NCBI GenBank assembly: GCA_964021805.1
Contig: CAXHZP010000008.1
Location: 917 to 64,916, forward strand
Direction: 5' to 3'
From: an uncultured Flavobacterium sp.
GTDB taxonomy: Bacteria; Bacteroidota; Bacteroidia; Flavobacteriales; Flavobacteriaceae
DNA: 64,000 nt
Positions 11,416 through 21,376 of this stretch are shown piece by piece; positions within the stretch are counted from its first letter, which is position 1, and every line of letters starts with the position of its first letter. Below the pieces are notes generated by a model. That model was not told the DNA's origin. It saw only the letters and a program-made list of their open reading frames with translations, and ran no database searches. Position numbers and translations under genes: made by a program.

Positions 11416-13149
11416 ATGGACACACAAACCATAAAATCACAAGAAAAATCTACCAAAACTACAGAGCGTATTTCTGGTAGTGAGGCAATTGTAAGATGTT
11501 TAATTGAAGAGGGAGTAGATATTCTTTATGGATATCCAGGAGGAGCTATTATGCCAGTTTATGATGAGTTATACAAGTATCAAGATAAAATTCATCATGT
11601 ATTAACAAGACATGAGCAAGGTGCAACACATTCAGCTCAAGGATATGCAAGAATTTCTGGAAGAGTTGGGGTAGCTATGGCTACTTCAGGTCCAGGAGCA
11701 ACCAATTTAATTACTGGTATTGCAGATGCTCAAATAGATTCTACACCAATGGTTTGTATCACAGGTCAAGTACCATCTCATTTATTGGGATCAGATGCTT
11801 TTCAAGAAACAGATATTGTAGGAATTTCTACACCAGTTACAAAATGGAATTGTCAAGTAACTAGAGCAGAAGATATACCAGAAGCATTGGCAAAAGCATT
11901 CTATATTGCCAAAAGTGGAAGACCAGGACCAGTATTGATTGATATTACAAAGGATGCTCAATTTAACGAGTTTGACTTTTCATATGAAAAATGTACACAT
12001 GTAAGAAGTTACAAACCAGTTCCAGAAACAGATGTTTCTAAAGTTGAGGAAGCTGCAAAATTAATAAATGCTGCTAAAAAACCTCTAATTGTTTGGGGGC
12101 AAGGAATTATTTTAGGTGAAGCAGAAGAGCAATTAAAGGCTGTTGTTGAGAAAGCAGGAATTCCAGCTGCTTGGACAATTTTAGGAGCTTCTGCAATTCC
12201 AACTTCACATCCATTAAATGTAGGTATGGTTGGTATGCATGGAAATTATGCTCCAAATATTTTAACTAATGAATGTGATGTTTTAATCGCAATTGGAATG
12301 CGTTTTGACGATCGTGTTACAGGCAGCTTAAACACGTATGCAAAACAAGCCAAAGTAATTCACTTTGAAATTGACCCTGCAGAAATAGATAAAAATGTAA
12401 AAACTGATGTAGCTGTTTTAGGTAATTCTAAAGTAAGTTTAGATTTATTATTACCATTACTAGAACAGAATTCTCATAATGAATGGCATCAAAAGTTTAA
12501 AGACTTGTATGAAATTGAATACGAAAAAGTAATTAAAAACGATTTATATCCTACAAAAGAAGGCCTAACAATGGCTGAGGTTCTAAAAGAAATCAATATT
12601 CAGAGTGAAGGAAAAGCTGCAATTGTAAGTGATGTGGGTCAACATCAAATGATTGCTTGTAGATATGCTGATTTTAATGTGACTAAGAGTAATATTACTT
12701 CTGGCGGATTAGGAACTATGGGATTTGGTTTGCCAGCAGCTATAGGTGCAAAAATGGCAGCTCCGGATCGTGAAGTAGTATCTATTTCTGGTGATGGAGG
12801 TTATCAAATGACCATTCAAGAATTAGGTACAATTTTTCAGCAAAAAGCAGCTGTTAAAGTGGTTGTTTTAAATAACGATTTCTTAGGAATGGTACGTCAA
12901 TGGCAACAGTTGTTTTTTGATAAAAGATATGCATCTACAGAAATGGTAAATCCAAATTTTGTTGCGATTGCAGAAGGGTATTATATCAAAGCTAGAAAAG
13001 TTACCAAACGTGAGGATTTAGCAGAAGCTGTAGCGGAAATGATGCAAAGTAAAGAAGCTTATTTCTTAGAAGTTTGTGTAGAAAAAGAAGATAATGTATT
13101 TCCAATGATTCCATCAGGAGCAAGTGTTTCAGACATAAGATTAGAATAA
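11416..13149 (+). CDS. ilvB: Acetolactate synthase large subunit
   Basis: GYPGGA, RHEQGA, TSGPGATN, ThDP motif GDGG...NN, GMVRQWQ. Confidence 0.98.
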   Translation: MDTQTIKSQEKSTKTTERISGSEAIVRCLIEEGVDILYGYPGGAIMPVYDELYKYQDKIHHVLTRHEQGATHSAQGYARISGRVGVAMATSGPGATNLITGIADAQIDSTPMVCITGQVPSHLLGSDAFQETDIVGISTPVTKWNCQVTRAEDIPEALAKAFYIAKSGRPGPVLIDITKDAQFNEFDFSYEKCTHVRSYKPVPETDVSKVEEAAKLINAAKKPLIVWGQGIILGEAEEQLKAVVEKAGIPAAWTILGASAIPTSHPLNVGMVGMHGNYAPNILTNECDVLIAIGMRFDDRVTGSLNTYAKQAKVIHFEIDPAEIDKNVKTDVAVLGNSKVSLDLLLPLLEQNSHNEWHQKFKDLYEIEYEKVIKNDLYPTKEGLTMAEVLKEINIQSEGKAAIVSDVGQHQMIACRYADFNVTKSNITSGGLGTMGFGLPAAIGAKMAAPDREVVSISGDGGYQMTIQELGTIFQQKAAVKVVVLNNDFLGMVRQWQQLFFDKRYASTEMVNPNFVAIAEGYYIKARKVTKREDLAEAVAEMMQSKEAYFLEVCVEKEDNVFPMIPSGASVSDIRLE

Positions 13150-13150
13150 G

Positions 13151-13684
13151 ATGAGTACAGAAGAAAAACAACTTTATTCAGTATCAATTTATACTGAAAA
13201 TAATATTGGATTGTTGAATAGAATTTCAGCAATTTTCCAAAGAAGACATATCAATATAGAAAGTTTAAATACTTCACCTTCTGAGATTGAAGGTGTTTCT
13301 AAATTTACAATTGTTGTAAATATGAATGAAGTAAATATTAAAAAAATTCTAGGTCAGATAGAAAAACAAGTAGAAGTAATAAAATCATATTATCATAGTC
13401 TAGATGACATTATTTATCAAATAGCTGGTTTATTTAAAATAAAGTCAGAATTATTATTTGAAGAACGTCAAATACAAAACATTATTAAAGAAAGTAATGC
13501 TAGAATTGTAACAGTTAATAAAGACTTTTTTGTACTTGAAAAATCAGGTAAAAAAGAAGAAATAGTAGAATTGTACAATAAATTAAGTCCATTTGGAATT
13601 ATGCAGTTTACACGTTCTGGGTTAATTGCGGTTACCAAAGAAGAAATGAAAATATCATCATTATTAGAATCATACAACAACTAA
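13151..13684 (+). CDS. ilvN: Acetolactate synthase small (regulatory, ACT) subunit
   Basis: ENNIGLLNRISAIFQRRHINIESL ACT motif; follows ilvB. Confidence 0.95.
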   Translation: MSTEEKQLYSVSIYTENNIGLLNRISAIFQRRHINIESLNTSPSEIEGVSKFTIVVNMNEVNIKKILGQIEKQVEVIKSYYHSLDDIIYQIAGLFKIKSELLFEERQIQNIIKESNARIVTVNKDFFVLEKSGKKEEIVELYNKLSPFGIMQFTRSGLIAVTKEEMKISSLLESYNN

Positions 13685-13694
13685 ATAAATTAAA

Positions 13695-15173
13695 ATGTCA
13701 AATTATTTTAACACATTAACATTAAGACAAAAATTAGAGCAATTAGGACAATGTCGTTTTATGGATGCTTCAGAATTTGAAGACGGAGTAAACGCTTTAA
13801 AAGGAAAGAAAATTGTTATTGTGGGCTGTGGTGCACAAGGTTTAAATCAAGGTTTAAATATGAGAGATTCTGGCTTAGATATTTCTTATACTTTAAGAAA
13901 AGCAGCAATTGATCAAAAAAGACAATCTTACATTAATGCAACTTCAAACGATTTTGTTGTAGGTACTTACGAAGAAATGTTGCCAACTGCAGACTTGGTT
14001 ATCAATTTAACTCCAGATAAACAACACACAAATGTTGTAAATGGTGTGATGCCATTGATGAAAAAAGGAGCTACTTTAAGTTATTCTCACGGATTTAATA
14101 TTGTAGAAGAAGGAATGCAAATTCGTAAAGATTTAACAGTGATTATGGTAGCACCTAAATCTCCTGGATCTGAAGTCCGTGAAGAATTTAAAAGAGGATT
14201 TGGAGTGCCAACATTAACAGCTGTTCATCCAGAAAATGATCCAGAAGGAAAAGGTTGGGCTCAGGCAAAAGCTTATGCAGTTGCTACAGGAGGTCATACA
14301 GCAGGAGTTTTAGAATCTTCTTTTGTAGCAGAGGTAAAGTCTGATTTAATGGGAGAGCAAACTATTTTATGTGGTTTGTTACAAACAGGAGCAATTTTAT
14401 CTTTCGATAAAATGGTAGCAGAAGGAATTGATGCTGGTTATGCAGCTAAGTTAATTCAGTATGGTTGGGAAACTATAACTGAAGCTTTAAAGCACGGTGG
14501 TATTACAAATATGATGGATAGATTATCTAACCCTGCAAAAGTAGAAGCATTTCGTTTATCTGAAGAATTAAAAGATATCATGCGTCCATTATTCCAAAAA
14601 CATATGGATGATATTATGACTGGTCATTTCTCCAAAACAATGATGGAAGACTGGGCAAATGACGATATTAACTTATTAACTTGGAGAGCTGCAACTGGAG
14701 AAACTGCTTTTGAAAAACAAGTAATTACTGATCAAGATATTACAGAGCAAGAGTATTTTGACCACGGAACTTTATTAGTTGCTTTTGTAAGAGCTGGTGT
14801 AGAATTAGCTTTTGAGGCAATGACAGAATCTGGTATAATAGATGCATCTGCATATTATGAATCTTTACATGAAACACCATTAATTGCAAACACAATTGCA
14901 AGAATGAAATTGGCTGAAATGAATCGTGTAATTTCAGATACAGCAGAATATGGATGTTATCTATTTGATCACGCTTGTAAACCTTTATTAACTGATTTTA
15001 TGAAAACAGTTTCTACAAACGTAATTGGTAAATCTTTTAGTTCAGAGAATGGTGTTGATAATCAAGAATTGATTAGAATTAATAAAATTATTAGAAATCA
15101 TCCAGTAGAAATAGTTGGAGAGCAGTTAAGAGCTTCTATGACAGCTATGAAAGTAATTAAGACAGTTGTTTAA
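13695..15173 (+). CDS. ilvC: Ketol-acid reductoisomerase, long (class II) form
   Basis: NYFNTL N-terminus, [25 protein letters not shown]; 492 aa. Confidence 0.98.
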   Translation: MSNYFNTLTLRQKLEQLGQCRFMDASEFEDGVNALKGKKIVIVGCGAQGLNQGLNMRDSGLDISYTLRKAAIDQKRQSYINATSNDFVVGTYEEMLPTADLVINLTPDKQHTNVVNGVMPLMKKGATLSYSHGFNIVEEGMQIRKDLTVIMVAPKSPGSEVREEFKRGFGVPTLTAVHPENDPEGKGWAQAKAYAVATGGHTAGVLESSFVAEVKSDLMGEQTILCGLLQTGAILSFDKMVAEGIDAGYAAKLIQYGWETITEALKHGGITNMMDRLSNPAKVEAFRLSEELKDIMRPLFQKHMDDIMTGHFSKTMMEDWANDDINLLTWRAATGETAFEKQVITDQDITEQEYFDHGTLLVAFVRAGVELAFEAMTESGIIDASAYYESLHETPLIANTIARMKLAEMNRVISDTAEYGCYLFDHACKPLLTDFMKTVSTNVIGKSFSSENGVDNQELIRINKIIRNHPVEIVGEQLRASMTAMKVIKTVV

Positions 15174-15200
15174 ATAAGAAGTAGTTTATTAATCTTTTGT

Positions 15201-16463
15201 ATGAAAACCAAGGTAATTTATAGACCAACAATAGAAGCCATAAAGAAAGCTTCTCTTAACTTGCAAGAAGTTGCTTTGAAAACTCCTTTGGTCAAGAATG
15301 ATTATTATTCTAAAAAATACCAAAATACTATTTTGTTTAAAAGAGAAGATTTGCAACAAGTAAGGTCTTACAAAATAAGAGGTGCTTACAATAAAATATC
15401 TTCGTTAACTGAAAAAGAACGTACCAAAGGGGTTATTTGTGCTAGTGCAGGGAATCATGCACAAGGAGTAGCGCTTTCTTGCAAGTTGTTAAAAATACAT
15501 GGCGTAATTTATATGCCTACTCCAACACCCAAGCAGAAAATTAATCAAGTAAAAATGTTTGGAGAACAATACGTTGATGTTGTTTTGATAGGAGATTCAT
15601 TTGATGATGCAAAATATGCTGCAACTCTTGAAGCAGAAAGACTACAAAAAACATTTATTCATCCATTTGACGATGAAAAAATTATTGAGGGGCAGGCTAC
15701 AGTTGGTCTAGAAATTTTAGAACAAACTAATGAGCCAATAGATTATGTTTTTGTACCAGTTGGTGGAGGTGGTTTGTCATCAGGCTTGTCTTCATATTTC
15801 AAACAGGTCTCACCAAATACAAAAATAATAGGTGTAGAGCCAGAGGGTGCTCCCTCAATGTCTGCGTCTATTGATGCTAACAAAAATATAGTACTAGAAT
15901 CTATTGATAATTTTGTAGATGGAGCCGCAGTTAAAAGAGTTGGAAATTTAAATTTCTCATTGTGTAAAGAAAATTTACATGATATGATCACGATTCCAGA
16001 GGGGAAAATATGTCAAATTATTTTAGATTTATATAATAAGGAGGCTACAGTTGTAGAGCCTGCAGGAGCCCTTAGTATTGCAGCTCTGGATCTTTATGAA
16101 AACGAAATAAAAGATAAAAATGTAGTGTGTATAGTTAGTGGTAGTAATAATGATATTACTAGAACTGCAGAAATTAAAGAACGGGCTTTACTTTATGAAA
16201 ATATTAAACATTATTTTATAATTAGATTTCCGCAAAGAGCAGGAGCTTTAAGAGAGTTTGTTGCCGATATTCTAGGACCTGATGATGATATAACTCATTT
16301 CGAATACACCAAAAAGACCAATAGATACAAAGGGGCTGCAGTTGTTGGGCTTGAGTTAAAGTCAGCAAAAGATCTTCATCCGCTTATTGCCAGAATGAAA
16401 CGTCATAACTTTTACGGTGATTATTTAAATGATAAACCAGATTTATTTCAATTTTTAGTTTAG
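15201..16463 (+). CDS. ilvA: Threonine dehydratase (biosynthetic, short form with one regulatory domain)
   Basis: KREDLQQVRSYKIRGA (PLP Lys), SAGNHAQG, VGGGGL, FPQRAGAL. Confidence 0.96.
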   Translation: MKTKVIYRPTIEAIKKASLNLQEVALKTPLVKNDYYSKKYQNTILFKREDLQQVRSYKIRGAYNKISSLTEKERTKGVICASAGNHAQGVALSCKLLKIHGVIYMPTPTPKQKINQVKMFGEQYVDVVLIGDSFDDAKYAATLEAERLQKTFIHPFDDEKIIEGQATVGLEILEQTNEPIDYVFVPVGGGGLSSGLSSYFKQVSPNTKIIGVEPEGAPSMSASIDANKNIVLESIDNFVDGAAVKRVGNLNFSLCKENLHDMITIPEGKICQIILDLYNKEATVVEPAGALSIAALDLYENEIKDKNVVCIVSGSNNDITRTAEIKERALLYENIKHYFIIRFPQRAGALREFVADILGPDDDITHFEYTKKTNRYKGAAVVGLELKSAKDLHPLIARMKRHNFYGDYLNDKPDLFQFLV

Positions 16464-16515
16464 AGAAGTGTAAATTAGTATCTACAAATCATTAATAATG
16501 TTTTATATTTAATCT

Positions 16516-18096
16516 ATGATGAATATACCAGATCAATATCAAATCAAGAAAACAATTTCTCAAAACACCTATTTAGTTGATGGTGTTTTAAAAACTTGGA
16601 CAGGTGAGACAGCAGATGTGTACTCCACTATTTCCTCAACAGATACATATAAGCCAACATTATTGGGCTCTATTCCTCAGTTAGGTGAAGAGCAAGCAAA
16701 TGAAGCGTTGAATTCTGCTTGTAATGCTTTTGATAGAGGAAAAGGACTTTGGCCAACAATGAAAGTTGTCGACAGAATTGCCTGTATGGACAAGTTTGTG
16801 GCTCAAATGAAAACCAAACGAGAGGAAATTGTTAACCTATTAATGTGGGAAATTGGAAAAACACTCCCAGATTCACAGAAAGAATTTGATAGAACCATAG
16901 ATTACATTTATGATACTATTGAAGCTTATAAACAAATGGATAGAGACAGCGCAAAGTTTAAAAAAAATAGCGGTGTCAATGCTCACATTAGAAGAGGACC
17001 TTTAGGAGTAGTTTTGTGTCTAGGACCTTATAACTATCCATTAAATGAAACTTTTTGTTTGTTGATTCCTGCACTAATTATGGGAAATACAGCAATTTTT
17101 AAGCCTGCCAAATTTGGGGTATTATTAATTTCACCTTTAATGGAAGCATTTCAGAATAGTTTTCCAAAAGGTGTGGTAAATATTATTTATGGTAGAGGTA
17201 GAACCTTGGCTACTCCTATTATGAAATCAGGTAAAATAGATGTTTTAGCTTTAATTGGACATAGTTCATCAGCAAAATCTTTACAAACTCAACACCCAAA
17301 AGTTAATAGATTGCGTTTAGTTTTAGGTCTTGAAGCAAAAAACCCCGCAATTATATTACCAGATGCAGATTTAGATGTGGCTATAGAAGAGTGTATAGCA
17401 GGATCTTTGTCATTTAACGGACAACGCTGTACAGCTTTAAAAGTATTATATGTTCATGAAGATATTGTTGAAAAATTTAACAAGCTATTTTCTGCACGAG
17501 TTGATGAGTTGTCATTTGGAAACCCATGGGAGCCTGGAGTTAAATTAACTCCTTTACCTGAACCAAATAAACCTGCATACATTCAAGGATTGATAGATGA
17601 TGCTAAGAAACACGGTGCCACTATTTTAAATGCTAAAGGTGGTGAAACTTTAGATAATTATATATTTCCAGCTGTTTTATATCCAGTTAATAAGCAAATG
17701 GAAGTATTTCATGAAGAGCAATTTGGTCCTGTAGTTCCTATAATTTCTTTTAAAGATATTAATGAACCTTTAAATGATATTGCAGATTCTAATTATGGAC
17801 AACAAGTTAGTTTATTTGGAAAGGATGTTCACACTTTATCTCCTTTAATAGATAGTTTGGTGAATCTAGTTTGTAGAGTAAACTTAAATAGTTCCTGCCA
17901 ACGTGGTCCAGATGTATATCCTTTTACAGGGAGAAAAGATTCTGCTGTGAGTACTTTAAGTGTTTACGATGCTTTACGTTCTTTTTCAATCCGTACTTTT
18001 GTTGCCTCTAAAGACAATCCTTACAATAATTCTATTCTTGAAGAATTACTAGAAAAGAAGACATCTAACTTTATAAGTACAGATTATATATTGTAG
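16516..18096 (+). CDS. gapN: Aldehyde dehydrogenase superfamily protein, probable NADP-dependent non-phosphorylating glyceraldehyde-3-phosphate dehydrogenase
   Basis: [19 protein letters not shown] catalytic Cys, EEQFGP, and [15 protein letters not shown] typical of GAPN-like enzymes. Confidence 0.8.
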   Translation: MMNIPDQYQIKKTISQNTYLVDGVLKTWTGETADVYSTISSTDTYKPTLLGSIPQLGEEQANEALNSACNAFDRGKGLWPTMKVVDRIACMDKFVAQMKTKREEIVNLLMWEIGKTLPDSQKEFDRTIDYIYDTIEAYKQMDRDSAKFKKNSGVNAHIRRGPLGVVLCLGPYNYPLNETFCLLIPALIMGNTAIFKPAKFGVLLISPLMEAFQNSFPKGVVNIIYGRGRTLATPIMKSGKIDVLALIGHSSSAKSLQTQHPKVNRLRLVLGLEAKNPAIILPDADLDVAIEECIAGSLSFNGQRCTALKVLYVHEDIVEKFNKLFSARVDELSFGNPWEPGVKLTPLPEPNKPAYIQGLIDDAKKHGATILNAKGGETLDNYIFPAVLYPVNKQMEVFHEEQFGPVVPIISFKDINEPLNDIADSNYGQQVSLFGKDVHTLSPLIDSLVNLVCRVNLNSSCQRGPDVYPFTGRKDSAVSTLSVYDALRSFSIRTFVASKDNPYNNSILEELLEKKTSNFISTDYIL

Positions 18097-18181
18097 AATA
18101 GTTATTTTTAATATGCCATTTTTGTATTTCTTTTAATTAAAAGTTTCTTATTTAAGAAATACATAAAACTTCAAAAAAATG

Positions 18182-18208
18182 ATTTTGGAACCATTGTTGT
18201 TCCAAAAT
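18182..18208. promoter_or_regulatory. Inverted repeat ATTTTGGAAC-N7-GTTCCAAAAT overlapping the arg promoter
   Basis: Perfect 10-bp arms straddling the putative -33 TTG; either an operator or a gapN 3' hairpin. Confidence 0.45.
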
Positions 18209-18223
18209 AATTTTGCATATTTG
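18194..18223 (+). promoter_or_regulatory. Putative arg operon promoter TTG-N19-CATATTTG
   Basis: Matches Flavobacteria -33/-7 spacing; ends 4 nt before the leader ATG. Confidence 0.6.
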
Positions 18224-18227
18224 AACG

Positions 18228-18296
18228 ATGTTAAGTCTAAAAAATAGTACATATATAGTTTCTAACGCAATGCCCAAGAGCTTGCGCCGCCGCTAA
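18228..18296 (+). CDS. Putative arginine-sensing leader peptide MLSLKNSTYIVSNAMPKSLRRR (22 aa)
   Basis: Manual translation. Its only Arg codons are CGC CGC CGC immediately before TAA; it lies directly upstream of the arg operon. Confidence 0.75.
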   Translation: MLSLKNSTYIVSNAMPKSLRRR

Positions 18297-18450
18297 TTCT
18301 TAAAATTAGCATACAACTATATTCACTATTTATTTTTAAACATTGTTCACTTCCCATTTCATATCATTTTTTTTATCTCCAGTTATTGTAAAAGATAACA
18401 AGACTTCTCCGCGTACTTTTTTTTCACGTCGCCCTTAGGGTGTATGCTAA
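18292..18450 (+). promoter_or_regulatory. Putative attenuator switch of the arg leader (alternative pairings around a rut-like tract)
   Basis: GCTAATT(18292-98) pairs with AATTAGC(18304-10), or TTAGCATACA(18306-15) pairs with TGTATGCTAA(18441-50). 18311-18380 has 15 C and 1 G. Confidence 0.55.
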
Positions 18451-18532
18451 ATTTTTGAACTCAGGTGAGTCCGGTTCTATTTTCTATCAAAACAGTTTAA
18501 AATAAAGTTTACAATCAATTCAAATTATCATT

Positions 18533-19174
18533 TTGGAAATTATTATTGCTAATAAATCGCATGCTATTTATGCAAAGATTATTTGTAAAACTATTGCTGA
18601 TTCTGCCAACGTAAGAGGAACAGGAATAGCAAAAAGAACTACAGATTACATCATTCAAAGAATGAATAATCAAAATGCTGTCATAGCACTTGATGAAGGT
18701 AATTTTGTAGGTTTTTGTTATATAGAAAAATGGGGGCATGGCAGGTTTGTAGCTAATTCAGGATTGATAGTGCATCCAGATTACAGAGGGAGAGGAATTG
18801 CTAAACTTATAAAAGAGAAGGTGTTTATTCACTCTCGATTAAAATTTCCAGAAGCTAAAGTATTTAGTATAACCACTGGATTGCCTGTCATGAAAATGAA
18901 TAGTGATCTAGGGTATAAGCCAGTAACATTTTCGGAGCTAACTAAAGATCAATCATTTTGGAATGGATGTCAAACCTGTAAAAATTATGATGTTTTACAG
19001 AGAACATCGCAAAGTATGTGTTTGTGTACTGGGATGCTTTATGATCCTCAAAAGGTAGAGGAACCATCGAAAAAAATATCAATAAAAGTCTTTAAGAGAT
19101 TAAAACAAATAAAGCAAGCACTCTTTTTAACAAAATCTTTTAAAAAGTTCACCAAATTAAAAAATGTAAAATGA
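18533..19174 (+). CDS. GNAT-family N-acyltransferase, probable Bacteroidota N-acyl(succinyl)glutamate synthase (ArgA function)
   Basis: RGTGIAKR, FVANSGLIVHPDYRGRGIA acyl-CoA motif, FWNGCQTC..CLC; first gene of the arg operon; TTG start. Confidence 0.8.
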   Translation: MEIIIANKSHAIYAKIICKTIADSANVRGTGIAKRTTDYIIQRMNNQNAVIALDEGNFVGFCYIEKWGHGRFVANSGLIVHPDYRGRGIAKLIKEKVFIHSRLKFPEAKVFSITTGLPVMKMNSDLGYKPVTFSELTKDQSFWNGCQTCKNYDVLQRTSQSMCLCTGMLYDPQKVEEPSKKISIKVFKRLKQIKQALFLTKSFKKFTKLKNVK

Positions 19175-19205
19175 ATCACCAACTACAAAAATTAAATTAA
19201 AAATT

Positions 19206-20390
19206 ATGAAAAAGAAACTTGTATTAGCATATAGTGGTGGATTAGATACGTCTTATTGTGCTGTTTATTTTTCTAAATATTTAGATTATGAAGTTCATGC
19301 TGTATCTGTAAACACAGGAGGTTTCACTGAATCAGAAATTGAAACCATAGCGGAGAAGGCTTATGCTATGGGCGTAAAAACATATCAAAATATCAATGCA
19401 GTTGAATCGTACTATCAGAAAGTGGTGAAATTCTTAATTTTTGGGAACGTTTTAAAAAACAATACCTATCCATTATCTGTAAGTGCCGAAAGAAGTATTC
19501 AAGCAGTAGAAATTATTAAATATGCTAAAAAAATAAATGCAGATTATGTAGCTCACGGAAGCACAGGTGCTGGTAATGATCAAGTTAGGTTTGATTTAAT
19601 TTTTCAAACACTAGCTCCTGAAATAAAAATTATTACTCCTATTAGAGACCAACATTTAACAAGACAAGAAGAAATTCAATTTTTAATAGCTAATGGAATA
19701 GAGTTGACTTGGTCTAAAGCCAAGTATTCAATTAATAAAGGGCTTTGGGGAACAAGTGTTGGAGGTCAGGAGACACTTACTTCTCATCTTCCTTTGCCTG
19801 AAGAAGCTTATCCATCACAGTTACAGAAAAAAGATGAACAACAAGTGCAATTAACTTTTTCTAAAGGAGAACTGATTTCAATTGATAACCAAGAAGGAAC
19901 GCCGCAAGATGTCATTGAAAAACTAAACAAACTAGCCTCTAAATATGCAATAGGAAGAGATATTCATGTAGGTGATACCATTTTAGGAATTAAAGGAAGG
20001 GTAGGTTTTGAGGCAGCAGCAGCTAATATTATAATTAAATCGCATCATTTGCTAGAAAAACATACCCTAACAAAATGGCAATTACAGCATAAAGAATACT
20101 TGTCTAATTGGTATGGGACTCATTTACATGAAGGATTATTTTTAGATCCAGTGATGAGAGATTTAGAATCTTTTTTAGAAAATAGTCAAACACAGGTTTC
20201 AGGTCATGTTTATGTGAGCTTAAAACCATATCATTTCACAATAGATGGTATAGCATCTGAAAATGATTTGATGGATACTGATTTTGGAACCTATGGCGAA
20301 GAAAATAAACGTTGGACAGCAGATGAAGCAAAAGGATTCATTAAAATATATGCAAATCAAAGTATAATCTTTCAAAATACACACAAATGA
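19206..20390 (+). CDS. argG: Argininosuccinate synthase
   Basis: LAYSGGLDTS, HGSTGAGNDQVRF, IKGRVGFEA. Confidence 0.97.
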   Translation: MKKKLVLAYSGGLDTSYCAVYFSKYLDYEVHAVSVNTGGFTESEIETIAEKAYAMGVKTYQNINAVESYYQKVVKFLIFGNVLKNNTYPLSVSAERSIQAVEIIKYAKKINADYVAHGSTGAGNDQVRFDLIFQTLAPEIKIITPIRDQHLTRQEEIQFLIANGIELTWSKAKYSINKGLWGTSVGGQETLTSHLPLPEEAYPSQLQKKDEQQVQLTFSKGELISIDNQEGTPQDVIEKLNKLASKYAIGRDIHVGDTILGIKGRVGFEAAAANIIIKSHHLLEKHTLTKWQLQHKEYLSNWYGTHLHEGLFLDPVMRDLESFLENSQTQVSGHVYVSLKPYHFTIDGIASENDLMDTDFGTYGEENKRWTADEAKGFIKIYANQSIIFQNTHK

Positions 20391-21364
20391 TACAAGCAGG
20401 AATAATTGGAGGAGCTGGGTATACAGCAGGTGAATTAATTAGAATTTTATTAAATCATAAAGAAGTTGCAATTAACTATATCTATAGTACCTCAAATGCT
20501 GGGAATAAAGTGAGTGCTATTCATCAGGATTTGGTAGGTGATACAGATTTAATTTTTTCTAGTAAAATTAATTCAAATGTTGATGTACTATTTTTATGCT
20601 TAGGACATGGAAATTCAAAAGATTTCTTAGTTAAGACAGCTATTTCATCATCTACAAAAGTTATTGATTTAAGCACAGATTTTAGGCTTAAAAATGATGC
20701 TATTTTTCAAGGAAGAGAATTCGTGTACGGGTTGCCGGAACTTCATAAAGAAAAAATTAAGAATGCTGATAATATTGCAAATCCAGGTTGCTTTGCTACT
20801 GCATTACAACTGGGTTTGTTACCTCTGGTATCTAATCATTTAATACATGATGATATTCATATAAATGCAGTGACTGGTGCAACTGGCGCTGGAACCTCAT
20901 TATCAAAAACTTCTCATTTTACATGGCGAGATAATAATTATTCTTACTATAAACCTTTTGATCATCAACATTTAAAAGAGATATATCAATCGGTAAAACA
21001 GTATCAAGATGAGTTCTCCTACGGCATTAATTTTATTCCAACTAGAGGTAATTTTTCCAGAGGAATTTATGCCACTATGTACACTCAATTTTTAGGGAGT
21101 TTAGAAGATGTGATTAGTGTTTATAATCAATTTTATAAAGATGCTGCTCTAACTTTTGTTACCCATCAAGAATTGCATTTAAAGCAAGTTGTTAATACTA
21201 GTAAATGCTTAATTCATATATCTAAGCATAAGAACAAATTACTAATAACTAGTTGTATAGATAACCTATTAAAAGGTGCGTCGGGTCAAGCAGTTCAAAA
21301 TATGAATTTAATGTTTGGATTTGATGAATCTGAGGGTTTGAAATTAAAAGGAACATATTTTTAA
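20387..21364 (+). CDS. argC: N-acyl-gamma-glutamyl-phosphate reductase
   Basis: GGAGYTAGEL, IANPGCFAT, DNLLKGASGQAVQNMN. Confidence 0.97.
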   Translation: MIQAGIIGGAGYTAGELIRILLNHKEVAINYIYSTSNAGNKVSAIHQDLVGDTDLIFSSKINSNVDVLFLCLGHGNSKDFLVKTAISSSTKVIDLSTDFRLKNDAIFQGREFVYGLPELHKEKIKNADNIANPGCFATALQLGLLPLVSNHLIHDDIHINAVTGATGAGTSLSKTSHFTWRDNNYSYYKPFDHQHLKEIYQSVKQYQDEFSYGINFIPTRGNFSRGIYATMYTQFLGSLEDVISVYNQFYKDAALTFVTHQELHLKQVVNTSKCLIHISKHKNKLLITSCIDNLLKGASGQAVQNMNLMFGFDESEGLKLKGTYF

Positions 21365-21376
21365 AATAAATAAATT

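Noticed and set aside
18515-18739. 74-aa minus-strand ORF over the GNAT start
   Set aside because: Shadow of the conserved GNAT gene.
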